From Candidatus Moraniibacteriota bacterium (GTDB lineage: Bacteria > Patescibacteriota > Minisyncoccia > Moranbacterales > JBBINP01), in NCBI GenBank assembly GCA_037443825.1, contig JBBINP010000001.1, positions 1,430 to 65,429 of the forward strand: a stretch of 64,000 bases of DNA, given 5' to 3'. Within the stretch, counting starts at the first letter, position 1. Each line of letters starts with the position of its first letter. The translations under genes were made by a program, and so were the position numbers. A model generated the notes under the pieces. The model was not told the DNA's origin. It made no database searches and saw only the letters and a program-made list of their open reading frames with translations. Shown here in pieces: positions 36,911 through 45,573 of the stretch.

Positions 36911-37672
36911 ATGAAATACATAAAAGCAGAAAATAAAGTGTTTTTTTTGGTAATATTAACTTTTTTGTTATTTTTTGGAGTAGGCATCTTTTCTGCTAAC
37001 GGAAGTCAGGGGTCCGGAGGCATTGTGCCCTGCGGACGGTATATCGGCACCGCGGAGGAGCAAAAACCATGCACGCTTTGCCATTTAATAATAGGCATTT
37101 ATCGGATTATTGATTACGGAAGAAAAATTTTGACGTTTGTGGCTATCACGACGCTGGTGATCGGCGGCATAATTTATATTTTGAGCGCCGGCAATCAAAA
37201 TATGATAAATCTGGCCAAAAGCGTGATCTGGAAATCTTTGGCGGGTTTTGCCATTATTTTGGGCGCTTGGGTAATAATCAATTATGCGATGTTTTTGATC
37301 AGCACCAAAACCGATCTTGGCGTGGGGGCGACGAAATGGAATGAATTCAGTTGCAGAACCGATTCCACCACATCCATCGCGGTAGCGCCTCCCAGCAATA
37401 AAAAAGAAGAATGCGGAAAAATAGCGGGAATTAAATCTGCTTGTTTTAAACAGTGCCTAAGTCATACCAATAAATATTCCGCCGAATGTCCATCATCTGG
37501 CGAGGAGTGCTGTCAGTTTCAAAGCGGACCGGGTGATGCGTGCGGACCTGGACTGGGAGGTATTTGTTTTGTTTGCGAAGGAGCTTGTGTTTTTAATGCA
37601 TGTCCTGATCCTTATGGGCGTCTTATTGGGGGTACGGATTGTCCTGACGAGAAAATATGTTGCGGGCTATAG
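36911..37672 (+). CDS. VirB2/TrbC-like pilin candidate with a cysteine-rich (16 Cys) C-terminal domain
   Basis: Signal/TM segment, the motif IVPCGRY...CTLCHL, a second TM segment (ITTLVIGGIIYILSAG) shared with the next gene, then a ~100-aa C-terminus with 16 cysteines ending CCGL. Confidence 0.55.
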   Translation: MKYIKAENKVFFLVILTFLLFFGVGIFSANGSQGSGGIVPCGRYIGTAEEQKPCTLCHLIIGIYRIIDYGRKILTFVAITTLVIGGIIYILSAGNQNMINLAKSVIWKSLAGFAIILGAWVIINYAMFLISTKTDLGVGATKWNEFSCRTDSTTSIAVAPPSNKKEECGKIAGIKSACFKQCLSHTNKYSAECPSSGEECCQFQSGPGDACGPGLGGICFVCEGACVFNACPDPYGRLIGGTDCPDEKICCGL

Positions 37673-37768
37673 TCAAAAAATAGTGTTAAGTGTAATATTA
37701 AATTGATGTGATTTTATAAATTGTGAATAAGACAAAAAAATTGAATAAATAAAGTAAGTAATAAAAAA

Positions 37769-38413
37769 ATGAAAAAAATATTATTTTTTGTTGTCAGCAT
37801 AAGTTTTTTGTTTACATTAAGTGCGAGTGGCACATTTGGAAGCGATCCGCCACCCGGCGGTAATCCACCTGGCGCAACTACTCACGCCGTAAAATTTGAA
37901 AATCCGTTAAAATTTGACACAGTGGAAGATATTCTAACCAGCTTGCTTAACAGTTTGCGCGGGGTGATTGTGGTAATCTCGCTTGTTTTTATTGTTATCG
38001 GGGCGATTTTGTATATTACCTCGGCTGGCAGCGAAGAAAGAATTAAATCAGCCAAAAAGGCGATTACCGCTTCCATGATCGGACTGGCAATCGGGATTGC
38101 GGCGCCCTCATTCCTCAAGGAAATAGCCACTATCTTGGGTTGGACAAGCCAAGTTACCGATCCTAGCGGGCAAAATATTCTTACTATCAAACAAATCGCT
38201 CTCAATACTCTGGAATTTCTTTTGGGCATTGTCGGTATTTTTGCCATCATTATGCTGGTGGTGGGCGGAATTTCTTATTTCGGAGCGGGTTTAAATGAAA
38301 AACAAGCCGAATCTTCCAAAAAAATAATCTGGTTTTCCGTTTTGGGCATCCTGGTTGCCATGGCGGCGCTTGTTATAGTTAAGCAGATAGCCGCGTTTTT
38401 TGGCGTTTCATAA
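37769..38413 (+). CDS. VirB2/TrbC-like pilin candidate (paralog of the upstream gene; signal peptide + 3-4 TM helices)
   Basis: Shares the segment ISLVFIVIGAILYITSAGSEE with the upstream gene; hydrophobic helical hairpins throughout. Confidence 0.5.
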   Translation: MKKILFFVVSISFLFTLSASGTFGSDPPPGGNPPGATTHAVKFENPLKFDTVEDILTSLLNSLRGVIVVISLVFIVIGAILYITSAGSEERIKSAKKAITASMIGLAIGIAAPSFLKEIATILGWTSQVTDPSGQNILTIKQIALNTLEFLLGIVGIFAIIMLVVGGISYFGAGLNEKQAESSKKIIWFSVLGILVAMAALVIVKQIAAFFGVS

Positions 38414-38425
38414 AGCGTAAAATTT

Positions 38426-38902
38426 ATGATATTCGGAGTTCCGCAATTTATTAATATTGAAGACAAAGTGGCCGGCCCCTTGACTGGCAAGCAATTGCTT
38501 TGGATGATCGGCATGGGAGCGGCGCTCTTGGTATTGTGGAACACATTGGAAGACAACGCTTTTTTTGTCGCGGCTATTCCGGTAGTTTTGATTTTTTGCG
38601 CTTTTGCTTTCTATCGTCCGTATGAACAATCAATGGTTGAATTTGTGGGACATTCCGTGATTTTCTTGTTTCAGCCGAAAATTTACATATGGAAGAGAAC
38701 TGGAGAGCCGGAAATTTTGGCAAAAATCCAAAAAACAAAAATATCCTTTTCGGGGGAGGAAAAAAAATACACTTCGGACGATTTCGGATCTTTCGCTGAT
38801 CTTCTGGATTCGGATGGTGGCAGGCGCGGAGGAAAAATCATGAATCTTATCGATGAGCGGGAAAAAAAGAAACATAAAAAGAAATTTCCTTTTTTAATGT
38901 AA
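38426..38902 (+). CDS. PrgI-family / VirB3-like small membrane protein
   Basis: N-terminus ...DKVAGPLTGKQLLWMIGMGAALLV matches the PrgI-family signature (G-LT-RQ) from memory, followed by two TM helices; it sits directly upstream of VirB4. Confidence 0.55.
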   Translation: MIFGVPQFINIEDKVAGPLTGKQLLWMIGMGAALLVLWNTLEDNAFFVAAIPVVLIFCAFAFYRPYEQSMVEFVGHSVIFLFQPKIYIWKRTGEPEILAKIQKTKISFSGEEKKYTSDDFGSFADLLDSDGGRRGGKIMNLIDEREKKKHKKKFPFLM

Positions 38903-38904
38903 TT

Positions 38905-39585
38905 ATGGAAACATTGCATTCCAAAAAAAATATCGGGGGCGCGAGCACCCAAAAATACGTTGATATTGAAGAAATCAAGGATGGCGTTATTATGCTTAAA
39001 AACGGCGCTTTGCGCGCTGTGCTTTTGGTTTCCGCGGTTAATTTTGACCTCAAATCGTCGGAAGAGCAAGACGGGATTATCGGACAATATCAAAATTTTC
39101 TTAACTCCCTTGATTTTCCCTTGCAAATCATTGTCAGTTCCCGCAAACTAAATATTGAGCCGTATTTAAAATTTATTTCAGAGCACGAAAGAAGGCAAAC
39201 CAATGAGCTATTGCGGCTGCAAATATCCGAATATAAAAATTTTGTCCGCAACCTCACGGAAGTTTCCAATATTATGTCAAAATATTTTTACATCACGGTG
39301 CCTTTCGCGCCGGTGGAAAACAAGGAAAAAGGAATTTTCAGCCAATTATCAGGACTTCTTCGTCCGAAACAGGCGATTATTCAGAAACGGGAATTGTTTG
39401 AAACGTATAAAAGCCAGTTATGGCAGCGCGTGGATCATATTGTCGCCAGCCTTTCAGGCATCGGGCTCAAAATTGTTCCGCTCAAGACGGATGAAATTAT
39501 TGAACTTCTTTATAATTCATACAACCCGAGCATTTATAATAACGCGATTATCAGGGATAGTGAAAAAATTGAATTGGTAAAATAA
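38905..39585 (+). CDS. VirB4/TraC-family ATPase, N-terminal domain encoded as a separate ORF
   Basis: 226 aa matching the N-terminal domain that precedes the ATPase core in full-length VirB4. It is separated from the ATPase ORF by a stop plus frame change (TAA at 39583, next ATG at 39593). Confidence 0.55.
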   Translation: METLHSKKNIGGASTQKYVDIEEIKDGVIMLKNGALRAVLLVSAVNFDLKSSEEQDGIIGQYQNFLNSLDFPLQIIVSSRKLNIEPYLKFISEHERRQTNELLRLQISEYKNFVRNLTEVSNIMSKYFYITVPFAPVENKEKGIFSQLSGLLRPKQAIIQKRELFETYKSQLWQRVDHIVASLSGIGLKIVPLKTDEIIELLYNSYNPSIYNNAIIRDSEKIELVK

Positions 39586-39592
39586 AAAAATT

Positions 39593-41401
39593 ATGTTTGG
39601 ATGGCAAAATAAAAACAAGAAGGATGAGGTTTTAGAAGACGAGCGAATTTATCGGCAGGGCTTGGCGACCATAAAAGATCTTATTGCTCCGGCATCGGTG
39701 CGGGTGAATATTGATTATCTGCATGTCGGAGAAACTTTCGTCAAAACTCTTTTTGTTATTGCTTATCCGAGATTTCTTCATACTAACTGGTTTTCCACCA
39801 TTATTAATATGGACAATTCCATGGATATCGCGATGTTTGTGCATCCAATCAACACAAACGATGTTTTGAAGGAACTTCGCAAAAACGCGACAAGAGTGGA
39901 ATCGCAAATTCAGCTGGAAAGCGAAGGAGGAAAAGTTCGCGATCCCATTCTTGAAACGGCGATTCATGACATTGAGGAGTTGCGGGACAAATTGCAGCAA
40001 GGCACGGAAAAATTTTTTCGTTTCGGTTTGTACGTAAGTGTCTACGGGCAAACACTGGAAGAAGCCAGAAAAATCAGCCAGCAAATAGAAGCGATTCTGG
40101 AAGCCCAGCTGGTGTATGTCAAGCCGGCGGTAATGCGGGCGGAGAACGGCTTTTCTTCCACATTGCCACTGGGAAACGATGAATTGGATGTCGCCAACAA
40201 CCTCAATACATCTCCTCTTTCCACTACTTTTCCTTTTGTTTCGGCGGAATTATCATCCAATGATGGAATTCTTTACGGCATCAATCGGCACAACAATTCG
40301 CTGATTATTTTTGATCGGTTTAAAATGGAAAACGCCAATATGGTGATATTCGCTAAATCCGGCGCGGGCAAAAGTTACACTGTCAAGCTTGAAGTTTTTC
40401 GTTCCATGATGCTGGGAACAAATATCATTATCATAGATCCTGAAAATGAATACCATTATTTGTGCGAAAAAGTGGGAGGTACTTTTGTGAAAGTTTCGCT
40501 TAATTCTCATTTTCGCATAAATCCCTTTGATCTTCCCAAAATCAAAGAAGATGATGATCCGGAAGAAGTAATTCGCAACAATATCGCCAACCTAATCGGC
40601 CTTTTGCATATTATGCTGGGAACAGTGACTCCGGAAGAAGATTCTATCCTGGATCATGCCATCAGAGAAACATACAACATCCGCGACATAACAGTCCAGA
40701 GCAATTTTCAATCTTTCACTTCCAACTCTTTTCCGACTATGTCGGATTTGTATGAAGTTCTTTCCAATATGGAGGGAGCGGAATCGCTTGCCATGCGGCT
40801 GGCCAAATACACAGAAGGAATTTTTTCCGGATTTCTCAATCATCCCACCAACGTGAAAGTGGACAATCAAATGGTGGTATTTAACATCCGTGACTTGGAG
40901 GAAGAATTGCGTCCGGTGGCGATGTATATCGTGCTGCATTTCATTTGGAACGAAATGCGTTCGGAGCTTAAAAAAAGAATAGTCGTTGTTGACGAAGCAT
41001 GGGTAATGATGCAATATGAAGACGCGGCTTCTTTCATGTTCGGCATTGCCAAGCGTTGCCGAAAATATTACACCGGACTTACGACCATTACTCAGGACGT
41101 GAATGATTTTATGGGATCAAGATACGGAAAACCGATTGTCACCAATTCTTCCATGCAGCTGCTTTTGCGCCAATCGCCGGCTTCCATTGACATTCTGGTG
41201 GAAACTTTTTACTTGACTGATCAGGAAAAATTCCTGCTTTTGGAAAGCAGCGTCGGTGAAGGCATTTTTTTTGCCGGACTTAAGCATGCGGCCGTCAAGG
41301 TTGTGTCTTCTTACACCGAAGACCAGGTGATCACTTCGGATCCCAAACAGCTTCTGGAAATTGAACAAGCCAAAAAAGAATTTGAAGAGTTGGAAGGATA
41401 A
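39593..41401 (+). CDS. VirB4/TrbE/CagE-family T4SS ATPase, C-terminal ATPase domain
   Basis: Walker A VIFAKSGAGKSYTV, Walker B RIVVVDEAWVMM, and the FVHPINTNDVLKEL region typical of VirB4. Confidence 0.8.
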   Translation: MFGWQNKNKKDEVLEDERIYRQGLATIKDLIAPASVRVNIDYLHVGETFVKTLFVIAYPRFLHTNWFSTIINMDNSMDIAMFVHPINTNDVLKELRKNATRVESQIQLESEGGKVRDPILETAIHDIEELRDKLQQGTEKFFRFGLYVSVYGQTLEEARKISQQIEAILEAQLVYVKPAVMRAENGFSSTLPLGNDELDVANNLNTSPLSTTFPFVSAELSSNDGILYGINRHNNSLIIFDRFKMENANMVIFAKSGAGKSYTVKLEVFRSMMLGTNIIIIDPENEYHYLCEKVGGTFVKVSLNSHFRINPFDLPKIKEDDDPEEVIRNNIANLIGLLHIMLGTVTPEEDSILDHAIRETYNIRDITVQSNFQSFTSNSFPTMSDLYEVLSNMEGAESLAMRLAKYTEGIFSGFLNHPTNVKVDNQMVVFNIRDLEEELRPVAMYIVLHFIWNEMRSELKKRIVVVDEAWVMMQYEDAASFMFGIAKRCRKYYTGLTTITQDVNDFMGSRYGKPIVTNSSMQLLLRQSPASIDILVETFYLTDQEKFLLLESSVGEGIFFAGLKHAAVKVVSSYTEDQVITSDPKQLLEIEQAKKEFEELEG

Positions 41402-41476
41402 AACTGATATTTTCCTAAAGTCAGCCTTTGGGATTTTTCCTGAAGGTTTGCTTTATTTCAAGCAAAAATCATTTTT

Positions 41477-42136
41477 ATGCCAATAAGCGATTACGAAAAA
41501 CGCAAACAGCTTCAAGATGATCGAAGAAGGGAATGGGCGCAGAACAATGTTCCCTATCAGCGCATCATGCGTGGGCGGATAGCGGCTAATGTTGCGCGGA
41601 CGGCTAACAAAGAAGAAAGTTATGCGCAATGGAGAAATTCGCTAAAGGCAGCACAAAATAAGATTGATGAAATACAAAGGGACACATCATCAGTCCGGTC
41701 TGTTTTCAAAGGTAAAAAGGGAACAATGCCATTAAGGGCGGCTAAATTAGGATTTGAATTTAAAAAAAGAATTAAGGAACTAGACACAACACCTTTTAAA
41801 TTTTTATTTATAATAGCCATTTTTTCTGACTTGGGAGATTTTACATGGATCATAGGGTTTAGTCTAAAAGTTATTCTATTCATTGCTCTTTTGGGCCATG
41901 GGGCTTGGAAGAAAAAATTAGGCGCTAGAATCATCTACTGGCTATTAATAGTGCTTGACATAATTCCTTTCCTTGGAGCACTGCCACTAAGCACTATTGC
42001 AGTGTTACTTATTTGGCGGGATGTGAAAAAAGAAATCAAAGAAAATGAGGAAAAAATAAAGAAAATAGAAAAAAATCCTGAAGAATTTTGGGACGCCGAA
42101 TATGACGAAGACGAAGAAATGGACGAAGTGACGTAA
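41477..42136 (+). CDS. small membrane protein (2-3 TM helices, charged N- and C-terminal tails), T4SS-cluster associated
   Basis: Hydrophobic segments FKFLFIIAIF...WIIGFSLKVILFIALLG and IIYWLLIVLDIIPFLGALPLSTIAVLLIW; acidic C-terminus. Confidence 0.5.
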   Translation: MPISDYEKRKQLQDDRRREWAQNNVPYQRIMRGRIAANVARTANKEESYAQWRNSLKAAQNKIDEIQRDTSSVRSVFKGKKGTMPLRAAKLGFEFKKRIKELDTTPFKFLFIIAIFSDLGDFTWIIGFSLKVILFIALLGHGAWKKKLGARIIYWLLIVLDIIPFLGALPLSTIAVLLIWRDVKKEIKENEEKIKKIEKNPEEFWDAEYDEDEEMDEVT

Positions 42137-42205
42137 TTCAATCATCAACTAATGCTTCTTTAGTTTCATAAATTATAATTCTTAAATATTTTAAATCTTT
42201 AATCC

Positions 42206-43732
42206 ATGCCTTCTAAAATATTTTCTGCCGTAACTATCGGCCTTGACAGCGATTTGGTGGAAGTGGAGGTGGATGTTTTGGGTCAGGGACTTCATAATTT
42301 TACGATTGTCGGCCTTCCCGATACGGCCATTAAAGAATCCAGGGAGCGTGTCAGTTCGGCGCTCAAAAACAGCGGTTTTCGTCCGCCTCATCAATGCGGA
42401 CGAATTACCGTAAATTTGGCTCCGGCGGATATTCCCAAAATGGCGCCGATCTATGATTTGCCGATGGCGCTCGGGTTTTTGTTGGCGACGCGCCAGATAG
42501 ATTTTTTTCACGGCGACAAGCTTTTTGTCGGCGAGCTGGCTTTGGACGGACGGATTCGCCCCGTTCAGGGCGTTTTGCCGATCGCGATGTTTGCCGAAAA
42601 AAAAGGAATCGCGGAAATCTACGTTCCTCGCGAAAACTCTTCGGAAGCGAGCATGATGCGGAAAACTAAAGTCATTCCGGCGGAAAATCTGTATTCCTTG
42701 ATCAGTCATTTGACGGGAGAGTCAAAAATTGACGCTTATTCGGGCGAGGATATTAAAAAAATTTTTGAAAAAAACAAACCGCTTTCAGATATGGCGCATG
42801 TCCGCGGACAGGAACACGCCAAAAGATCTTTGGAGATAGCGGCGGCGGGAGGGCACAACGTTATTTTTAGCGGTCCGCCAGGTTCCGGAAAAACTCTTTT
42901 GGCCAAGACTGTGCCTTCTATTTTGCCAAAACTTGATTGCGAAGAAGCTTTGGAAATAACCAAAATATTTTCAGTTTCGGGAAAATTGGCGAAAAATGAG
43001 GCAATTGTCACTGTCCGGCCTTTTCGTTCTCCGCATCACAGCGCGAGTTCGGTGTCGCTTGTCGGGGGCGGGACTTATCCTAAGCCGGGCGAAATATCTC
43101 TGGCGCATCGCGGCGTGTTGTTTTTGGATGAATTTGCTGAATTTCCCCGGAGCGTTCTGGAAAATTTGCGGCAACCGCTGGAAGACGGCGTTATTACGGT
43201 TTCCCGCGCCAAAGGATCTTTGGAGTTTCCGGCCAGGTTTATTTTAATTGCGGCCATGAATCCATGTCCATGCGGCAACGCGACTGATCCGGAAAAAATT
43301 TGCTCTTGCGCTCCGTCGCAAATTATCAGATACCAGCGGAGAATTTCCGGGCCGATTTTGGACAGGATTGATCTTCATGTGGAAGTTCCGCGGTTAAAAT
43401 TTGAAAAAATTGAAGAAGAAACTCCTGGTGAAAAAAGCGCGGATATCAGAAAGAGGGTGGAATCCGCGCGAGCCATCCAAAAGAAACGTTTTCAAAAACT
43501 TCCTATTATGATTAACAGCGAAATGAATTCCCAGCAAATCAGAGAATTTTGCAAACTGGACAATGCCGGAGCGGAACTTCTTCGCAGGGCGGTTTCAACC
43601 ATGCGCTTAAGCGCGCGGGCTTATTATCGCATTATTAAAATTGCTCGCACTATTTCCGATTTGGCAAATGAAGAAAATATCGCGCCGGCGCATATTGCCG
43701 AAGCTATCCAGTACCGTTTTAAAAGCGAATAA
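42206..43732 (+). CDS. comM: ComM/YifB-family Mg-chelatase-like AAA+ ATPase
   Basis: N-terminal ChlI/YifB domain, AAA+ Walker A GPPGSGKTLLAK, and the zinc-finger-like CPCGNATDPEKICSC. Confidence 0.85.
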   Translation: MPSKIFSAVTIGLDSDLVEVEVDVLGQGLHNFTIVGLPDTAIKESRERVSSALKNSGFRPPHQCGRITVNLAPADIPKMAPIYDLPMALGFLLATRQIDFFHGDKLFVGELALDGRIRPVQGVLPIAMFAEKKGIAEIYVPRENSSEASMMRKTKVIPAENLYSLISHLTGESKIDAYSGEDIKKIFEKNKPLSDMAHVRGQEHAKRSLEIAAAGGHNVIFSGPPGSGKTLLAKTVPSILPKLDCEEALEITKIFSVSGKLAKNEAIVTVRPFRSPHHSASSVSLVGGGTYPKPGEISLAHRGVLFLDEFAEFPRSVLENLRQPLEDGVITVSRAKGSLEFPARFILIAAMNPCPCGNATDPEKICSCAPSQIIRYQRRISGPILDRIDLHVEVPRLKFEKIEEETPGEKSADIRKRVESARAIQKKRFQKLPIMINSEMNSQQIREFCKLDNAGAELLRRAVSTMRLSARAYYRIIKIARTISDLANEENIAPAHIAEAIQYRFKSE

Positions 43733-44701
43733 ATGTTTATGCCAAAAGGGGGCTTAAAAATAATTTTTATTTTCTTGTTTTTTTTGTCAATCGGATATCC
43801 ATCCGATGTCTTATCTTTTTGGCCAAAAAAGGATCCGTATTATTGGAAAGGCGCGGAACAAGAAAAGCTGATTAAGTTTATTGACGGAGAATCGCCGGTA
43901 TTTTTTCAAAAATCAAAAGCGGAAACGGCAGAGGATTTTTTGCGTGAACAAAAAATAAATTTTTCCGAACACGATTTAATTTTTCCGGCTTTGAAAACAA
44001 AGATTTATTCCGGATCCAATATCATAATTCAACGTTCCAAGGAAGTTGAAATTGAAGAGAGCGATCGGAAGATAAAAATAAACACGCTGGCTTTTTCCGT
44101 GGGAAGCGCTCTTTGGGAAAACAATTTTGTTTTGGGTGAATTTGACATAGTTGAGCCGCCTTTGTTGTCGCCGGTTAAAAATAAAACAGGCGTCATTGTG
44201 ACCAGGGTGGTTATCAAAGAAGAATTAACAAAAAAAAGCATTGATTTTAAGACTGTTGAGAATGAGGACGATAAATTGGGTTGGCGGGAAAAAAAGATAA
44301 AACAGAAAGGCGAAAAGGGCGAGCGCGAATTGACGCACAAAGTCGTGTATCACAACGGCAAAGAAATCGCCAGGCAGCTTTTAAAAAACGAAGTCGTGAA
44401 AGAGCCAATGGATGAGATTATTATCCGGGGAACGCATATGAAACTTGGCAAGGCCGATTCGGGGCAAGGGACATGGTATGTTTGGAAAAACGGGCTTTTT
44501 GCGGCCAGCCGGACTCTTCCGCGGGGATCTTATGCAAAAGTAACTAATACTGAAAACGGAAAATCAGTGGTGGTGCGGATTAACGATTACGGTCCGTTCG
44601 GCAATGAGCGCATCATTGATTTGGACAAGACTGCTTTTCAGAAAATTGCCAATCCAAGCCAGGGCGTTATTGGCGTGAAAGTGGAGCGCGTGTTGAATTA
44701 G
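43733..44701 (+). CDS. RlpA-like (double-psi beta-barrel) protein with G5 domain
   Basis: C-terminus GTWYVWKNGLFAASRTLPRGSYAKVTNTENGKSVVVRINDYGPF matches RlpA/DPBB. The middle region looks like a G5 domain. Confidence 0.6.
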   Translation: MFMPKGGLKIIFIFLFFLSIGYPSDVLSFWPKKDPYYWKGAEQEKLIKFIDGESPVFFQKSKAETAEDFLREQKINFSEHDLIFPALKTKIYSGSNIIIQRSKEVEIEESDRKIKINTLAFSVGSALWENNFVLGEFDIVEPPLLSPVKNKTGVIVTRVVIKEELTKKSIDFKTVENEDDKLGWREKKIKQKGEKGERELTHKVVYHNGKEIARQLLKNEVVKEPMDEIIIRGTHMKLGKADSGQGTWYVWKNGLFAASRTLPRGSYAKVTNTENGKSVVVRINDYGPFGNERIIDLDKTAFQKIANPSQGVIGVKVERVLN

Positions 44702-44760
44702 GACGCGCATTTTTTTAACTGTTTTAAAATCATGAACCGCATGAATTAAATTCAAAATTT

Positions 44761-45573
44761 ATGCCGCAAAAACTGGGACAAAATTTTTTGACTGATAAAA
44801 ATATCGCGAGAAAAATCACGGAAGCGTCCGGCCTGAAGCCAGGTGATTTTGTTTTGGAAATCGGTCCGGGCAGGGGTATTTTGACGGAAGAATTGGCAAA
44901 GAAAGCGGAAAAAGTTTTAGCGGTTGAAATAGACAAAAATTTGGTCATATTGCTGAAGAAAAAATTCAAAAATTGCAAAAACGTAAAAATTGCGGAAGGA
45001 GACGCGCTGAAAATTGATCTGAACCGTTTAATTTGCATTTTCCAAAATATCACGCGCGAAACATCGGGAGTGAAATACAAGGTTGTTTCCAATATCCCGT
45101 ATTACATAACCTCTTTTGTTATAAGATTGTTTCTGGAAAGCGATTGTCCTCCGGATGCAATGACGCTAATGGTTCAAAAAGAAGTAGCTGAGAGAATCAC
45201 AGCTAGGCCGGGAAAAATGAGCGTGTTGTCGGTGGCGGTCCAATATTACGCCCGGCCGGATATTTTGTTCCATGTCGGGCGGGAGAATTTTGATCCGGTG
45301 CCGGAAGTGGACAGCGCTGTAATAAGAATATCCGGAATAAAAAATAAAAAATCAAAATTGAACAGCAAAAAATTTTTTAGATTAGTGCGGGCCGGTTTTT
45401 GCGCCAAACGAAAAACTTTGGCGAACAATCTGGCTAACAGTTTTCATTTGGACAAAAAAGAAGTGGAAGAAAAAATAATTTCTTTGGGTTTTCAGCCGAC
45501 AATCAGGGCGCAGGAGTTGGATGTGGAGGGTTGGAAAAAATTTGAGGATTTGTTCGCGGCTAAAGAAAAATAA
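44761..45573 (+). CDS. rsmA: 16S rRNA (adenine1518/1519-N6) dimethyltransferase
   Basis: LGQNFLTD, SAM-binding segment VLEIGPGRGILT, and the NIPY-type segment. Confidence 0.85.
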   Translation: MPQKLGQNFLTDKNIARKITEASGLKPGDFVLEIGPGRGILTEELAKKAEKVLAVEIDKNLVILLKKKFKNCKNVKIAEGDALKIDLNRLICIFQNITRETSGVKYKVVSNIPYYITSFVIRLFLESDCPPDAMTLMVQKEVAERITARPGKMSVLSVAVQYYARPDILFHVGRENFDPVPEVDSAVIRISGIKNKKSKLNSKKFFRLVRAGFCAKRKTLANNLANSFHLDKKEVEEKIISLGFQPTIRAQELDVEGWKKFEDLFAAKEK

